From: an uncultured beta proteobacterium
Lineage (GTDB): Bacteria > Pseudomonadota > Gammaproteobacteria > Burkholderiales > Casimicrobiaceae
Direction of reading: 5' to 3'
DNA length: 64,000 bases
Assembly (NCBI GenBank): GCA_963810845.1
Contig: CAWEOX010000017.1
Location: forward strand, 10,386 to 74,385
Shown here: positions 1 to 11,097 of the stretch, piece after piece
How positions within the stretch are numbered: position 1 is the first letter of the stretch
How the letters are laid out: the number at the start of each line of letters is the position of its first letter
Program-made: the position numbers and the translations under genes
Notes under the pieces: generated by a model
The model's database searches: none
What the model saw: only the letters and a program-made list of their open reading frames with translations
What the model was told of the DNA's origin: nothing

Positions 1-696
1 GAAGATCGCCTCGCCCGGCATGACGTCGCGCAGCACCTCGAAGCCCAGCGCGTCGACCGCCACCGACTCGCTGGCCACCACGTACTCCGTTCCGCCCATC
101 GCCGCGTCGACCCCGATGATGAGCGGCCGGATCCCGTACGGATCGCGGAACGCGAGCATCCCGTATCCCGCGATCAGCGCCACGATCGCATACGCGCCGC
201 GGCAGCGCTTGTGCACGCCGGCGACCGCGTTGAAGATCGCGTTGGGATCGAGGCGCGCGTGATGCGCGGCGCGCTCGAGCTCCAGCGCCAGCACGTTCAA
301 CAGCACTTCGGAATCGGAATTGGTGTTGACGTGGCGGAAGTCGAGCTGGAAGAGCTCGCGCTTCAGCGCCTCGCTGTTGGTGAGGTTGCCGTTGTGCGCG
401 AGCGTGATGCCGAACGGGGAGTTGACGTAGAACGGCTGGGCCTCGAACTCCGAGACCGCCGACCCGGCGGTGGGGTAACGGCAATGGCCGATGCCGAGGT
501 TGCCCGAAAGCTCGCGCATGTTCCGGGTGCGGAACACGTCGCGCACGTAGCCGGGTCCCTTGTGGATGTGGAACATCGCGCCTTCGCTGGTGACGATGCC
601 GGCGGCGTCCTGCCCGCGGTGCTGGAGCAGCAGCAGCCCGTCGTAGAGAAGCTGGTTTACCGGCGTGTGCGCGACGACGCCTACGATTCCACACAT
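1..696 (-). CDS. purF: Amidophosphoribosyltransferase, N-terminal ~232 codons (3' end lies outside the window)
   Basis: Own translation of the minus strand from ATG 696-694 gives [35 protein letters not shown]... This shows the Ntn-type Cys2 and the QHRGQD motif. It is absent from the ORF track because it is open at the window edge. Confidence 0.85.
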   Translation of the reverse strand, partial: MCGIVGVVAHTPVNQLLYDGLLLLQHRGQDAAGIVTSEGAMFHIHKGPGYVRDVFRTRNMRELSGNLGIGHCRYPTAGSAVSEFEAQPFYVNSPFGITLAHNGNLTNSEALKRELFQLDFRHVNTNSDSEVLLNVLALELERAAHHARLDPNAIFNAVAGVHKRCRGAYAIVALIAGYGMLAFRDPYGIRPLIIGVDAAMGGTEYVVASESVAVDALGFEVLRDVMPGEAIF

Positions 697-699
697 CGT

Positions 700-1251
700 T
701 CAGACTCTCCTGTGACCTGCCGCGACAGCGGCCGTCAAGCGGGCGGGCTTCCTTCCTCCGGGCGAATAATCGAGCCGCCCGGCCCACGCGCCGGGCAGCC
801 ACGGGCGCAGCGCGAGCGCCGCCGTCGCCAGCAGCGGCCCCAGCGAAGCATTCTGCCACCATTCGTACCGCGGCAGCGTGGTCACCCCGGCGACGAGGAC
901 AAACAGCAGCACGATCGCCACGCCGCGCGCGAGCCCGAAGAACGCGCCGAGAAAGCGATCGAGAAAGCCGAGGCCGACGGCCCGAATCATCTTCGACAGC
1001 ACCAGCGCGATCACGGCTCCGGCGACGAGGACGCCGATGAAGATCAACACGAACGCGAGCACGTGCCTGGCGGCGGGACTCGCTTCAAGGCCGGGAAGCA
1101 CGGCGGCCAGCTCGCCGCCAAAAACGAGCGCCAGCACCACCGCGGCGACCCAGCTCACGAGCGCGATCAACTCGCGCACGACCCCGCGCAGAAACGCGAG
1201 CAGCGTGGACAGGACGACCACCGCGAGCACGGCAATGTCGAGGCCGGTCAT
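700..1251 (-). CDS. cvpA: CvpA-family membrane protein (colicin V production protein)
   Basis: ORF 700..1341 trimmed to the internal ATG at 1251 (MTGLDIAVLAVVVLSTLLAFLRG...). Several hydrophobic helices. Conserved position next to purF. Confidence 0.75.
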   Translation of the reverse strand: MTGLDIAVLAVVVLSTLLAFLRGVVRELIALVSWVAAVVLALVFGGELAAVLPGLEASPAARHVLAFVLIFIGVLVAGAVIALVLSKMIRAVGLGFLDRFLGAFFGLARGVAIVLLFVLVAGVTTLPRYEWWQNASLGPLLATAALALRPWLPGAWAGRLDYSPGGRKPARLTAAVAAGHRRV

Positions 1252-1306
1252 CCGGAGCGGCGGGGAGCGGCGGACACGCAGCGGCGCGACGCGAAGCGCG
1301 CCGACG

Positions 1307-2281
1307 TCACTTCGCGGCCGTGACGACTCCGTCGTGGCCATCGCCCTTGAGCTTGTTGCGCGCGCCGATCGCCGCCGGGCGCGACGGGTATCCGCCGACG
1401 CGCACCCGCCATAACGTCCCGCGGCTGGTCTCGACCGGCTCCGTGTACGCCGGGTAGCCGGCCTTCTTCAACTTGTTGGCGAGGGCGTTGGCGCCGTAGT
1501 TGTCGGTGAACGCACCCAGCTGAACGACGTAGCCTTCCCGGGATCGCTCGACCGCCGGCGAAACGGCCGGCGGTGCGGGCATGGCCGGCGCTTCGGATGC
1601 CGCGGGCGCCGCGGGCACCGGGGACGCCATCGCGACCTCCGCGGCCGGTGCCGCATCGGCGGGTGAAGGCGGTGGTGACGCGGGCGCCGCCGGCGCCGTT
1701 GTCGCGAGCGCGGCCTTCGGCTCCGATTTTGCGTCGTGCGCCCGCGCCGCGGTTTCGACACCGGGGTGGCTCTTGGCGTCGGCCTTTGGCGCAGGCTTGG
1801 CGGCGCCCTTGGTTTCCGCCTTGGCCTCCGGCGCAGCGGGCTTCGCTTCCGGTGCGGCAACCCTGGTGTCGCTCCTGTTGTCGCGTGCCGTCGGCGAACC
1901 GCCCTCCGCAGCGTTCGTGGCCGAACCGGACGCCGACCCCGGAGTACCCGAAATGGCCGTCGTCGATCCGGCCGGCTCCGGGACGGGCATTGCCGCGCCA
2001 CTGTCGGCGGCGGCCCTGATCGGCCCGCCCTCGGGCTTGGCCGCCGGGGGCGCGTCCTTGCCCTTGTCGCCCTTGAGGCGGGTGATGAACTTGCCGTTGT
2101 CGACGGCCGGGATCTGGACCGACACGTCGTCGCCCAGCGGCTTCTGGTCCTGTTCGAGGACGAGGGGCAGAATCGTGGCCGCGGCCAGCGCGATGACGAT
2201 GGCGCCGACGAGCCGCCGCCGCGCCTTGCGCTTCAGTTCGTCGACCGCGAAATCCGCATTGTCAGCAACAGGATCAGCCAT
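1307..2281 (-). CDS. SPOR-domain cell-division protein (DedD-like)
   Basis: ORF 1307..2281. It has an N-terminal anchor (LVGAIVIALAAATILPLVL), a long Ala/Pro-rich linker and a C-terminal SPOR signature (GYVVQLGAFTDNYGANALANKLKKAGYPAY...LWRVRVGGY). Confidence 0.7.
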   Translation of the reverse strand: MADPVADNADFAVDELKRKARRRLVGAIVIALAAATILPLVLEQDQKPLGDDVSVQIPAVDNGKFITRLKGDKGKDAPPAAKPEGGPIRAAADSGAAMPVPEPAGSTTAISGTPGSASGSATNAAEGGSPTARDNRSDTRVAAPEAKPAAPEAKAETKGAAKPAPKADAKSHPGVETAARAHDAKSEPKAALATTAPAAPASPPPSPADAAPAAEVAMASPVPAAPAASEAPAMPAPPAVSPAVERSREGYVVQLGAFTDNYGANALANKLKKAGYPAYTEPVETSRGTLWRVRVGGYPSRPAAIGARNKLKGDGHDGVVTAAK

Positions 2282-3593
2282 GCCGGGGCGCGTGCGGCGT
2301 CCCCGACGCGAGCGCCGCGAGTGCCGCGGCCACCGTCAGGAACGATCCGAAAACAATGATTCTATCAGCTTCGCTCGCGCCCTCCCGCGCCGCGCCGCAG
2401 GCGGCGGCGACATCGGCGAACGTGCCGACGGCGGACGCGGCGACGCCAGCGTTTTCGAGCACCGCCGCGAGCGCCGCCGCGCTCGCGCCGCGCGGCCCTG
2501 GCAACGTCGCGACGTACCAGCGGTCGACGGTCGTTTTCATCGCCGCGACGACCCCGGCAATGTCCTTGTCGGCGAGCATGCCGAACACGGCGCGCGTTTC
2601 CGGGTAGTAGCCCATCGCCCGCGCCGCCGCCGCCAGCACGCGCGCCGCGTGCGGGTTGTGCGCGACGTCGAGCACGACGGCGGGTCGGCCGGGGAGCACC
2701 TGAAACCGTCCGGGCAGCGCGACCGTCTGCAGTCCGTCGCGGACCGCCCCGCCGCTTACCGGCAACCGCGCGTTCATGAGATCGAGCGCGGCGAGCGCGG
2801 TCGCCGCGTTGGCGAGCTGGTGCGCCCCGCGCAGCGCGGGGTGCGGCAGGCCGTAACGGCTGCCGCCGGGTCCCCAGTACCGCCACTGCGCAGCCTCGGC
2901 AACGAACCCGTAGTCGCGGCCCATGAGCGTGACCGGCGCGCCGAGGGCCGCCGCGTGGTCGACGAGCGACTGCGGCGGCCGCGGCTCCGCGCAGACCGCG
3001 GCGTGGCCGGGCCGGAAGATGCCCGCCTTCTCGCGGCCGATGTCCTCGCGCGTCGGCCCGAGATAATCCATGTGATCGAGGTCGATGCTGGTGACGACGG
3101 CGACATCGGCATCGACGATGTTCACGGCATCGAGGCGCCCGCCCAGTCCCACCTCGAGGATGACGATGTCGAGGTTCGCCCGCGCGAACAGCCACAGCGC
3201 CGCCAGCGTCCCGAACTCGAAGTACGTGAGCGGCGTCGGGGCGCCGTCCCCGCCGCCCGGCGCCGCGCGCGCGTCCTCGACCGCATTGAGCGCGGCGACG
3301 ATCATGGCGTCGGTCGCGTCCTGCGCGCCGATCCGGACCCGTTCGTTGTAGCGCGCGAGATGCGGCGACGCGTACAGGCCGACCCGGTATCCCGCGGCGC
3401 GGTAGATCGCTTCCAGCATCGCGCAGGTCGAACCCTTGCCGTTGGTGCCGGTCACCGTGATGGCGGGACACGCGAGCACCGTGCCCATCCGCGCGTGCAC
3501 CGCCTGCACGCGATCGAGCCCCATGGCGATCGCCTTGGGGTGCAGCGTTTCGAGGTACGCGAGCCAGGCGCCAAGCGTCGTCGGCCGGCTCAC
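2274..3593 (-). CDS. folC: Bifunctional folylpolyglutamate synthase / dihydrofolate synthase
   Basis: ORF 2274..3593. Mur-ligase P-loop VTGTNGKGSTCAM and the DLDHMDYLG motif. Sits in the conserved accD-folC-SPOR-cvpA-purF cluster. Confidence 0.85.
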   Translation of the reverse strand: MSRPTTLGAWLAYLETLHPKAIAMGLDRVQAVHARMGTVLACPAITVTGTNGKGSTCAMLEAIYRAAGYRVGLYASPHLARYNERVRIGAQDATDAMIVAALNAVEDARAAPGGGDGAPTPLTYFEFGTLAALWLFARANLDIVILEVGLGGRLDAVNIVDADVAVVTSIDLDHMDYLGPTREDIGREKAGIFRPGHAAVCAEPRPPQSLVDHAAALGAPVTLMGRDYGFVAEAAQWRYWGPGGSRYGLPHPALRGAHQLANAATALAALDLMNARLPVSGGAVRDGLQTVALPGRFQVLPGRPAVVLDVAHNPHAARVLAAAARAMGYYPETRAVFGMLADKDIAGVVAAMKTTVDRWYVATLPGPRGASAAALAAVLENAGVAASAVGTFADVAAACGAAREGASEADRIIVFGSFLTVAAALAALASGTPHAPRHG

Positions 3594-3612
3594 GATGCGG
3601 CTTCCCGGCGAA

Positions 3613-4482
3613 TCAACTCGTGGGCGCGGGCTGTTTGGTGAGCAGCACCAGCAGCGCGGCCAGTTCGTCGCGCAGCTTGCGGCGATCGATGATGAGATCG
3701 ATCGCGCCTTTCTCGATCAGGAATTCGGCGCGCTGGAATCCTTCGGGCAGCTTTTCGCGGACCGTCTGCTCGATCACCCGCGGTCCGGCGAAACCGATCA
3801 GCGCGCCGGGCTCGGCGATCACGAGGTCGGCGACAAAGGCGAACGACGCCGACACCCCGCCCATGGTCGGATCGGTCAGGATCGAAACGAACGGCAGCCG
3901 TGCCTTCGTCAGCTCCTGCAGCACCGCCGTCGTTTTCGCCATCTGGAAGAGCGAGTTGACGCCCTCCTGCATGCGCGCGCCGCCGGACGCCGCGATGCAG
4001 ACGAACGGCACGCGGTTCTCGTAGGCGACCCGGACGCCGCGGACGAAGCGCTCGCCGACCACCGACCCCATCGATCCGCCCATGAAATCGAATTCGAACG
4101 CCGCCAGCACCAGCGGCACGCTCTTGATGCTGCCCTGCATCACCACGAGCGCGTCGGTTTCGCCGGTCTCCTCGAGCGCGGCGGCGAGCCGGTCAGGATA
4201 TTTCTTGGTGTCCTTGAACTTGAGGCTGTCGACCGGCACGATTTCGGAGCCGATTTCGAAGCGGCCTTCGGGGTCCAGCAACTGGTCGATGCGGGCCCGC
4301 GCGTGGACGCGCGTGTGGTGCGCGCATTTCGGGCACACGTGGAGATTGTTCTCGAGGTCGGTCCGGTAGAGCACCGCCTCGCAGGCCGGGCACTTGATCC
4401 ACAGTCCTTCCGGCATCGCCGTCTTCTTGATGCCCGACGACGCCTTGATCCGCGGCGGCAGCAGCTTCTGGAGCCAGCTCAT
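3613..4482 (-). CDS. accD: Acetyl-CoA carboxylase carboxyltransferase beta subunit
   Basis: ORF 3613..4482. Zn-ribbon [26 protein letters not shown] followed by [10 protein letters not shown] and [10 protein letters not shown]. Confidence 0.9.
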   Translation of the reverse strand: MSWLQKLLPPRIKASSGIKKTAMPEGLWIKCPACEAVLYRTDLENNLHVCPKCAHHTRVHARARIDQLLDPEGRFEIGSEIVPVDSLKFKDTKKYPDRLAAALEETGETDALVVMQGSIKSVPLVLAAFEFDFMGGSMGSVVGERFVRGVRVAYENRVPFVCIAASGGARMQEGVNSLFQMAKTTAVLQELTKARLPFVSILTDPTMGGVSASFAFVADLVIAEPGALIGFAGPRVIEQTVREKLPEGFQRAEFLIEKGAIDLIIDRRKLRDELAALLVLLTKQPAPTS

Positions 4483-4523
4483 CGTCGTTTCCCCCTGTTC
4501 GGCGCGCGCACCGGGCAGTCCTG

Positions 4524-5339
4524 CTACGCCGCGCGCTTTTGCATCGAATCGAGTGCCGCGCGGATGCCCGAGAGCCAGAGCCCGGCGCGCTGCGCAGCCG
4601 CACCCGCCGGCCCCGCCTCGATCTCCTGGATGATGCGGCTGCCGATGACGACGGCGTCCGCGTGCGCGGCGATCGCCTGCGCGCTCGCGGCATCGCGAAT
4701 GCCGAAGCCCACGCCGACCGGCAGCGCGACATGGCGGCGAATCGCCGCGAGCTTGCGCGCCACCTCCGCGGTATCGAGGTTGCCGGCGCCGGTCACGCCC
4801 GTAAGCGAGACGTAGTAGACATACCCGCGGGCCATGGCGGCGATCGATGCGATCCGCTCTTCGGGAGTCGTCGGCGAAACGAGGAAGATCGGCGCGAGGC
4901 CGCGCGCGCCGAGCAGCGCAGCGAAATCGGCCGCTTCCTCCGGTGGATAATCGACCACGAGCACGCCGTCGACGCCCGCCGCGAGCGCGCGCTCGGCGAA
5001 CGCCGGCGGACCCATCGCTTCGATCGGATTGGCGTAGCCCATGAGCACCACCGGCGTCTCGGTGTCGCCCGCGCGAAATTCGGCGACCAGCGCCAGCACC
5101 TGGTGGAGCCCGACGTGCTGCGCCAGCGCGCGCTCCGACGCCCGCTGGATCACGGGCCCGTCGGCCATCGGGTCGGAGAACGGCACGCCCAGTTCGACGA
5201 TGTCGGCGCCAGCGGCCACCAGGCTCTTCATGATCGGCACGGTGATCGCCGGCGCCGGGTCGCCGGCGGTGATGTACGGGATGAGCGCCGTGCGGCCGGC
5301 GGCGCGGAGCTTCGCGAACGTGGCGTCGATTCGATTCAT
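4524..5339 (-). CDS. trpA: Tryptophan synthase alpha chain
   Basis: ORF 4524..5339. Motifs [10 protein letters not shown] and [17 protein letters not shown]. Confidence 0.9.
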   Translation of the reverse strand: MNRIDATFAKLRAAGRTALIPYITAGDPAPAITVPIMKSLVAAGADIVELGVPFSDPMADGPVIQRASERALAQHVGLHQVLALVAEFRAGDTETPVVLMGYANPIEAMGPPAFAERALAAGVDGVLVVDYPPEEAADFAALLGARGLAPIFLVSPTTPEERIASIAAMARGYVYYVSLTGVTGAGNLDTAEVARKLAAIRRHVALPVGVGFGIRDAASAQAIAAHADAVVIGSRIIQEIEAGPAGAAAQRAGLWLSGIRAALDSMQKRAA

Positions 5340-5382
5340 GGGCTCACCGCGGACCGCGATGCCGCGACACCGCGTGCGCTCG

Positions 5383-6615
5383 TCATCGCCGCGCCGGGTC
5401 GCATTCGGGCCGGCAGTAGAACTTGAGGCCGGAGCGCTCCGCGACCGTGTTCATGTCCTTGTCGCCGCGGCCGGACAGGTTGACGAGCAGGATCCGGTCC
5501 TTGGCCATCGTCGCGGCCAGCTTCGCCGCGTACGCGAGCGCGTGCGCGGACTCGAGCGCCGGGATGATGCCCTCGATCCGGCAGCACTCGTGGAACGCCG
5601 TGATCGCTTCGTCGTCGGTGATCGACACGTACTCGGCGCGGCCGCTGTCCTTCAGCCACGCGTGCTCGGGGCCGACGCCGGGATAGTCGAGGCCGGCCGA
5701 GATCGAATGCGTCTCGATGATCTGCCCATCCGCATCCTGCAGGAGGTAGGTGCGATTGCCGTGCAGCACGCCGGGGTGCCCGGCGAGCAGCGATGCCGAA
5801 TGCCGGCCGGTGGCAATGCCGTCGCCGGCCGCTTCGACGCCGATGAGGCGAACGCCGTCGTGCGGGATGTATGCGTAGAAGATCCCCATCGCATTCGAGC
5901 CGCCGCCGACGCACGCGATCACCGCATCGGGCTGCCGGCCGGCGGCTTCGGGCATCTGCGTCAGGCACTCACGGCCGATGACGCTCTGGAAATCGCGGAC
6001 CATCATCGGATACGGATGCGGCCCCGCCACCGTGCCGATGATGTAGAACGTCGACTCGACGTTGGTGACCCAGTCGCGCATCGCCTCGTTCAGCGCATCC
6101 TTCAGCGTCTTCGATCCCGATTCGACCGGCACCACCGTCGCGCCGAGAAGCTTCATCCGGAACACGTTCTGCGCCTGGCGCTTCACGTCTTCCGAGCCCA
6201 TGTAGACGACGCACTCCATGCCGAAGCGCGCGGCGACCGTCGCCGTGGCGACGCCGTGCTGGCCGGCGCCGGTCTCGGCGATCACCCGCGGCTTGCCCAG
6301 GCGCCGCGCGAGCAGCGCCTGCCCGATGCAGTTGTTGATCTTGTGCGCGCCGGTGTGATTCAAGTCCTCGCGCTTCAGCCAGATCTGCGCGCCGCCCGCT
6401 TTCTCGGACCAGCGGCGGGCGTGATAGACCGGCGACGGGCGGCCGACGTAGTGGGCGAGCTCGTTTTCGAATTCGGCGACGAATTCGGGATCATGCCGGT
6501 AGCGCGCGTACTGTTCGCGCAACTCCGTGAGCGCGTGAATCAGCGTCTCGGCGACGAACACGCCGCCGTAGGGCCCGAAATGGCCGCGGGAGTCAGGCAG
6601 ATCGTACATCTGCAT
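5383..6615 (-). CDS. trpB: Tryptophan synthase beta chain
   Basis: ORF 5383..6615. PLP-lysine motif HTGAHKINN and GGGSNAMG. Confidence 0.95.
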   Translation of the reverse strand: MQMYDLPDSRGHFGPYGGVFVAETLIHALTELREQYARYRHDPEFVAEFENELAHYVGRPSPVYHARRWSEKAGGAQIWLKREDLNHTGAHKINNCIGQALLARRLGKPRVIAETGAGQHGVATATVAARFGMECVVYMGSEDVKRQAQNVFRMKLLGATVVPVESGSKTLKDALNEAMRDWVTNVESTFYIIGTVAGPHPYPMMVRDFQSVIGRECLTQMPEAAGRQPDAVIACVGGGSNAMGIFYAYIPHDGVRLIGVEAAGDGIATGRHSASLLAGHPGVLHGNRTYLLQDADGQIIETHSISAGLDYPGVGPEHAWLKDSGRAEYVSITDDEAITAFHECCRIEGIIPALESAHALAYAAKLAATMAKDRILLVNLSGRGDKDMNTVAERSGLKFYCRPECDPARR

Positions 6616-7279
6616 TGCGCACTTCCTCGATGAATGCTTTGACCCGCGCGGGATCCTTGATGCCTTTCAACGGCCGGCCGTCCCGCCCGACGGCTTCCAC
6701 GCCGCTCGACACGTCGACGGCCCACGGCCGCACCGCTCGTATCGCGGCGCCGACGTTGCCCGGGTGGAGTCCCCCGGAAAGAACGATCGGCCGCGCGAGC
6801 CGCTCGCAAAACCGTGGCGACAGCGCGTTCCAGTCGAACGTCCGCCCGGTGCCGCCCGGCAGGCCGTCCGCCGGCGGCGCATCGAACAGCAATCCGGCCG
6901 CGTCGCCGTAGCGCTTGGCGCATTCTAGCAAACCGCTCTCGCCGGACTCCGCGGCAACGGCAATCGCCTTGAGATAGGGCCTGCCGAACGAACGGCAGAA
7001 ATCGGGCGGCTCGGCACCGTGGAACTGGAGCACGTCGAGCGGCACGGCGGCCAGCATGGCCCGCACGTGCGCCGCGTCCGGATCGACGAACAAGCCGACG
7101 ATGGCAACGAACGGCGGCATCGCGGCGGCGATTCCCGCAGCGCGTTCGGCCGGCACCTCGCGCGGCGTTCCGGCCCAGAACACGAGGCCGATGGCGTCGG
7201 CGCCCGCACGGGCCGCCGCGAGCGCGTGGTCGCGCTCGGTGATGCCGCAGATCTTGACCCGCGTGCGCGGCCCCGTCAT
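6593..7279 (-). CDS. trpF: Phosphoribosylanthranilate isomerase
   Basis: ORF 6593..7333 trimmed to ATG 7279 ([14 protein letters not shown]...). Its 3' end overlaps the trpB start by 23 nt, and its ATG overlaps the truA stop. Confidence 0.8.
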   Translation of the reverse strand: MTGPRTRVKICGITERDHALAAARAGADAIGLVFWAGTPREVPAERAAGIAAAMPPFVAIVGLFVDPDAAHVRAMLAAVPLDVLQFHGAEPPDFCRSFGRPYLKAIAVAAESGESGLLECAKRYGDAAGLLFDAPPADGLPGGTGRTFDWNALSPRFCERLARPIVLSGGLHPGNVGAAIRAVRPWAVDVSSGVEAVGRDGRPLKGIKDPARVKAFIEEVRNADVRSA

Positions 7280-8071
7280 CACGCTTCCGCGAGGGGCAGG
7301 CGCAGCGGGCGCCGTGTCGGTGGCAAACCCCATTTCGGGTCGTAGTCGGCGCCGGTGAAATAGAGGCCGTCGGCGGCGAACGTCGCCGCCGCGCGCGTGC
7401 GATCACGCCCGGCGAGAAGCTCCCCGATCCATGCCGGCGGCGCCTTGCCCGCCCCCACGTGGATCAGCGCGCCGACGATGTTGCGAATCATGTGATGCAG
7501 GAAGGCATTGGCCGAAAAATCGAAACGAATGCACTCGCCGGATGCGTGAACTTCCGCAACGGCGAGGCGTCTTCACCGGCGATTTCGCCTGGCACAGCGC
7601 GGCGCGGAACGCGCTGAAATCGTGCGTGCCGACGAGCGCCCCGGCACCCTCGCGCATGGCGGCGACGTCCAGGGGACGATGGTACCAGCCGACGCGGCGC
7701 GCGAGCACCGCGGGTCGCACCGGCCGGTTCATGAGCAGGTACGTGTAATGGCGCGCCGTCGCGCCGAAGCGCGCGTGAAATGCGGCGTCGACGGGCGTCG
7801 CCCACAGGACGGCGAACTCCGCCGGCAGATGCGCGTTGGTGCCGCGAACCCAGGCGGTGAGCGGCCGCGCCGCCGCCGTGTCGAAGTGCGCGATCTGCAG
7901 CGTCGCGTGGACGCCCGCATCGGTGCGGCCGGCGGCGATCACGCCGACGCGCTCAGCGGCGACCGCGGTCAGCGCGCGCTCGAGCGCATCCTGCGCGCCC
8001 CGCCCGTCCGCTTGCGACTGCCAGCCGGTGAACGGGGTCCCCGCGTACTCGATTCCGAGCGCGATGCGCAT
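7279..8071 (-). pseudogene. truA: tRNA pseudouridine(38-40) synthase TruA with the reading frame broken by one extra base near 7563-7567
   Basis: The N-terminal 168 codons lie in ORF 7403..8071 (MRIALGIEYAGTPFTGWQSQ...GRTDAGVHA...CQAKSPVKT). The C-terminus lies in ORF 7279..7491 and upstream of it in the same frame (LAVAEVHASGECIRFDFSANAFLHHMIRNIVGALIHVG...). Deleting one C in ACGCCTCGCC joins the two parts. Confidence 0.85.
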
Positions 8072-8128
8072 GGTCGTGGTCGGCGCGCGGCGAACGTCCC
8101 GCCGCGTCCGCGCCGGGTGCCTGCCGCG

Positions 8129-10669
8129 TCAACCGAGCTTGCTGATGAGCGTCTGCGCTTCCGCTTGCTGCTGATCGTCCCCTTCGCGCAGCACCTCTTG
8201 CAGAATTTCGCGCGCGCCTTCGACGTCACCCATTTCGTGGTACGCCTTGGCGAGGTCGAGCTTGGTCGCGGCGTCGTGCCACTGCCCGTCGAGCACGGAC
8301 GGGGTCGAGTCCTCGGTCGCGGGTGCGCCGTGTTCGAACGACAGATCGAGCTTGTCGAGGTCGATCGCCGACTGCGGCCGCACGATTTGCTCGGCGGGGC
8401 CCGCCTTCTTGAGCGGCGCCAGCGGTGCCGCCTCGTCGAACTGGAAATCGAGGCCGGCGCCGATGCGCGCGGCGTCGATCTTGTCCGCGACCGACTCGCT
8501 CCCCTTCGCGACGGCGCCGCCGGTGAGCGCGCCCCCGGCGCTCCTGGCGGTCCGTTCGAGCTCGCTCTCCGCGCCCGCGAGAATGTCGGCCGGCGATTTC
8601 GCCCGGGTGCTGGGCGCGGTGAACGCCAGGTCTTCGTCGAGCTTGGCGTCGAACGCGGTGTCGAGCGCAGGCGGCCGCGACGGTTCCGGCGATGGCGCGC
8701 CGGCCACGGCCAACTCGGGCTTGAGACCGGCCGCGGACGGCGGCACGTCGCCCGCCGCCGCACCGGCAATGCTGACCGCCGCGCCGTCGCCGCCCGCGAA
8801 CATCGGATTGGCGGGATCGAGTTGCCGGCCGAGCGCGACCGCCTTCTGCCAGGTTTCGCCCTGCCCGCCCGATATCGAATACAACTCCGCCGCTACGGTA
8901 TCGAACGCCGACGGCTTGTTGTGCTGGGCGTGGATTTCGAGCAGCTTGAGATAGATCTCCTGCCGCCGCGGGTCCTTGCGCAACGCGTGCTTCAGGATCT
9001 CCTCGGCCTGCGCGTCGCGACCGTAGGCGAGGTACACCTCGGCCTCGGCGATCGGATCGACCTCGTCGGTGTCGATGTTGCCAAGGCCCTCACGGCTGAA
9101 TTCGCTCGCCAGCGAATTGTCGCCGGTGTTGACGACCCCGCCGCCGGTCGAGCCGAACACCGTGTTGGTCTTGATGTCGGTGTCGGCAATGATGCCGTCT
9201 TCGAAATGGGTGGTCTTGCGCCGGCGCGTCGCGAGGATGGCAGCGATGCCCGCGAGCAGCACCAGCGCGCCGCCGCCGATCGCCCACATCGGCGTGTTGG
9301 CCATCAGGTCATCCAGGAACGAGGGCTGCGGTTTGGGCGCGGCGGCAGCCGGCGCGGCTTTCGGGGCCGGCTTGGGGGGTTCGGCCGAAGGGGCTGCAGC
9401 AGCCGGGGGCGGCACGGCACTGGGCGCCTCGGCCTTCGCCGGTTCAGCCTTCGCGGGTTCGGCTTTCGCGGGCGGGGCCGCCGCGGGTGGCTCCGTCGCT
9501 TTCGCGGGCTCGGTTTGCGCGGGCGCGGCGATCTTGAGGTCCGGCGCCTTGGGGGGCTCCGCCGCAGGTTTTGCCGCCTCGGCCTTCGCCTGGAGCTGCG
9601 CCATCGTCTGATTCTTGAGCTCGACGGCGCGCTGCAGTTCGGTCAGCGTCTTTTCGAGCTCGGCGATGCGAAGCTGTGCTTCCTTGATCTGGCGCTCGCG
9701 CGCGACCATTTCTTCGGTGGCGCCGCCGACGCGCTTGCCCGGCCCGGCGTCACGCGACACCTTGAGCTGGTCGCGCCCCGGTGGCGCGGCGGGCACCGAC
9801 TCGACGACGGCCGCACCGATCCTGCCGCCGGCGGAACGTCCGGCGGTCACCTCGCTTGCCGGTGCGGTCGCCGCAACACGGTCACGGTACGCGCGCCAAT
9901 CGGACGCCTGCATCCGGACGATCTTCGTGGCTTCCGGCGGCGTCGTCGCGGCCGCGACGTCGGCGCTGGGGATGGAAACGATCGAGCCGGCACGCAGGCG
10001 ATTGATGTTGTTGCCGTCGAATGCGCCCTCGTTCGTGTTGAACAACGCGACCAGCATCTGCTCCAGCGTGACGCTCGGCGGTTTGTACTCGTTGGCGATC
10101 TTCGACAGCGTGTCGCCGCGTTGCACCCGGTATTGATCACCACCCGCCGCGGCGCGCGGCGCTGGCGCCGGTGCCGCAGTCGTGGCCGCGGGGGCTGCAG
10201 GCGCGGCGACAGGCCTTGCCGGCGCGGCGCCGACGCGCACGGGCGCGCTCGGTTCCACCGGGGTCGGACTGACACCGGGCGGATCGAGCAGGAACGTGTA
10301 GTCGCGCACGAGGCGGCCCGCGGCCCAGTTCACCTCGACCATCAAGTCGAGATAGGGCTCGTTCACCGGCGCCTGCGTGACGACCTTGAGGTAAGGGGCG
10401 CCGGTGCCGCGCTCGAGCGTGATCCTTGCGCGCGCGAGCACGCCGTTATACGCAAGGTTGTTCTGCCGGTAGAGGTTCGCGTCCGCGATCCTCACGGCCA
10501 GCGAATCGAGCTCTTCCCTGGTCGCGGCGCTGAGCTCGATCTGCGCCGACAGCGGCTGGCCGATCGACGACTGTACCGTCAGCTTGCCCAGGCCGAGCGC
10601 ACCCGCCGCACCCGGGAGCGCCAACGCGCCTGCCACCATGCCCAACGCGAGAATGGGGTTTGCTCTCAT
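8129..10669 (-). CDS. fimV: FimV/HubP-family polar landmark / type IV pilus assembly protein
   Basis: ORF 8129..10669. Signal peptide, N-terminal FimV core (LGKLTVQSSIGQPLSAQIELS), LysM domain (YRVQRGDTLSKIANEY), TM segment (WAIGGGALVLLAGIAAILA) and conserved C-terminal LDLAKAYHEMGDVEGAREILQEVL. Confidence 0.8.
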   Translation of the reverse strand: MRANPILALGMVAGALALPGAAGALGLGKLTVQSSIGQPLSAQIELSAATREELDSLAVRIADANLYRQNNLAYNGVLARARITLERGTGAPYLKVVTQAPVNEPYLDLMVEVNWAAGRLVRDYTFLLDPPGVSPTPVEPSAPVRVGAAPARPVAAPAAPAATTAAPAPAPRAAAGGDQYRVQRGDTLSKIANEYKPPSVTLEQMLVALFNTNEGAFDGNNINRLRAGSIVSIPSADVAAATTPPEATKIVRMQASDWRAYRDRVAATAPASEVTAGRSAGGRIGAAVVESVPAAPPGRDQLKVSRDAGPGKRVGGATEEMVARERQIKEAQLRIAELEKTLTELQRAVELKNQTMAQLQAKAEAAKPAAEPPKAPDLKIAAPAQTEPAKATEPPAAAPPAKAEPAKAEPAKAEAPSAVPPPAAAAPSAEPPKPAPKAAPAAAAPKPQPSFLDDLMANTPMWAIGGGALVLLAGIAAILATRRRKTTHFEDGIIADTDIKTNTVFGSTGGGVVNTGDNSLASEFSREGLGNIDTDEVDPIAEAEVYLAYGRDAQAEEILKHALRKDPRRQEIYLKLLEIHAQHNKPSAFDTVAAELYSISGGQGETWQKAVALGRQLDPANPMFAGGDGAAVSIAGAAAGDVPPSAAGLKPELAVAGAPSPEPSRPPALDTAFDAKLDEDLAFTAPSTRAKSPADILAGAESELERTARSAGGALTGGAVAKGSESVADKIDAARIGAGLDFQFDEAAPLAPLKKAGPAEQIVRPQSAIDLDKLDLSFEHGAPATEDSTPSVLDGQWHDAATKLDLAKAYHEMGDVEGAREILQEVLREGDDQQQAEAQTLISKLG

Positions 10670-11097
10670 GCCGACCTCGTCCGGAAACTCGGGTTTTGTA
10701 AGCTAACTTAACATCATGGGCTTAGTGCCGCAAGCTAAACCACGGTATTAGCTCGTCTTTTTGGACGGCGTCTGCCGCAGATCAACGAAGTTCATGCCGC
10801 TATCGTAACGCCGATCGCTAACCCTTGCGCGCCGCCGCCTCACGATTACAACATATTGTAGCCAAGTGCGCCGCACCTAGGCGTGAACGGCGCCGCGGGA
10901 TCTGCTGTGCGGGGCGCCGAACACCACGCCCAATCGCGCGGGGTTCGACACGGCGCCGGCGGCGGCGAGCGTGCATAAAAGTTGCGCAAACCGGCGCTCG
11001 CGCGCCATCCGTCAGTCGGGCGCCCGAAAACGACAGCACCGGCGCGTCCCCCGCCTCTGCCGCTCGGCCCCGCGTTCGCCGTCGCTGGCCGACACGG

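Noticed and set aside
7622-10711. 1029-aa plus-strand ORF
   Set aside because: It is antisense to truA/fimV. Its translation is Arg/Gly/Asp-rich with no motifs, which is the typical shadow ORF of a ~70% GC genome. The minus-strand genes are clearly recognisable.
10670-11097. sRNA or riboswitch in the 428-nt spacer upstream of fimV
   Set aside because: The spacer has an AT-richer patch and weak AAGCTAA(A)C direct repeats. I found no convincing hairpin/terminator pair or known riboswitch core. It is most simply the fimV promoter region.
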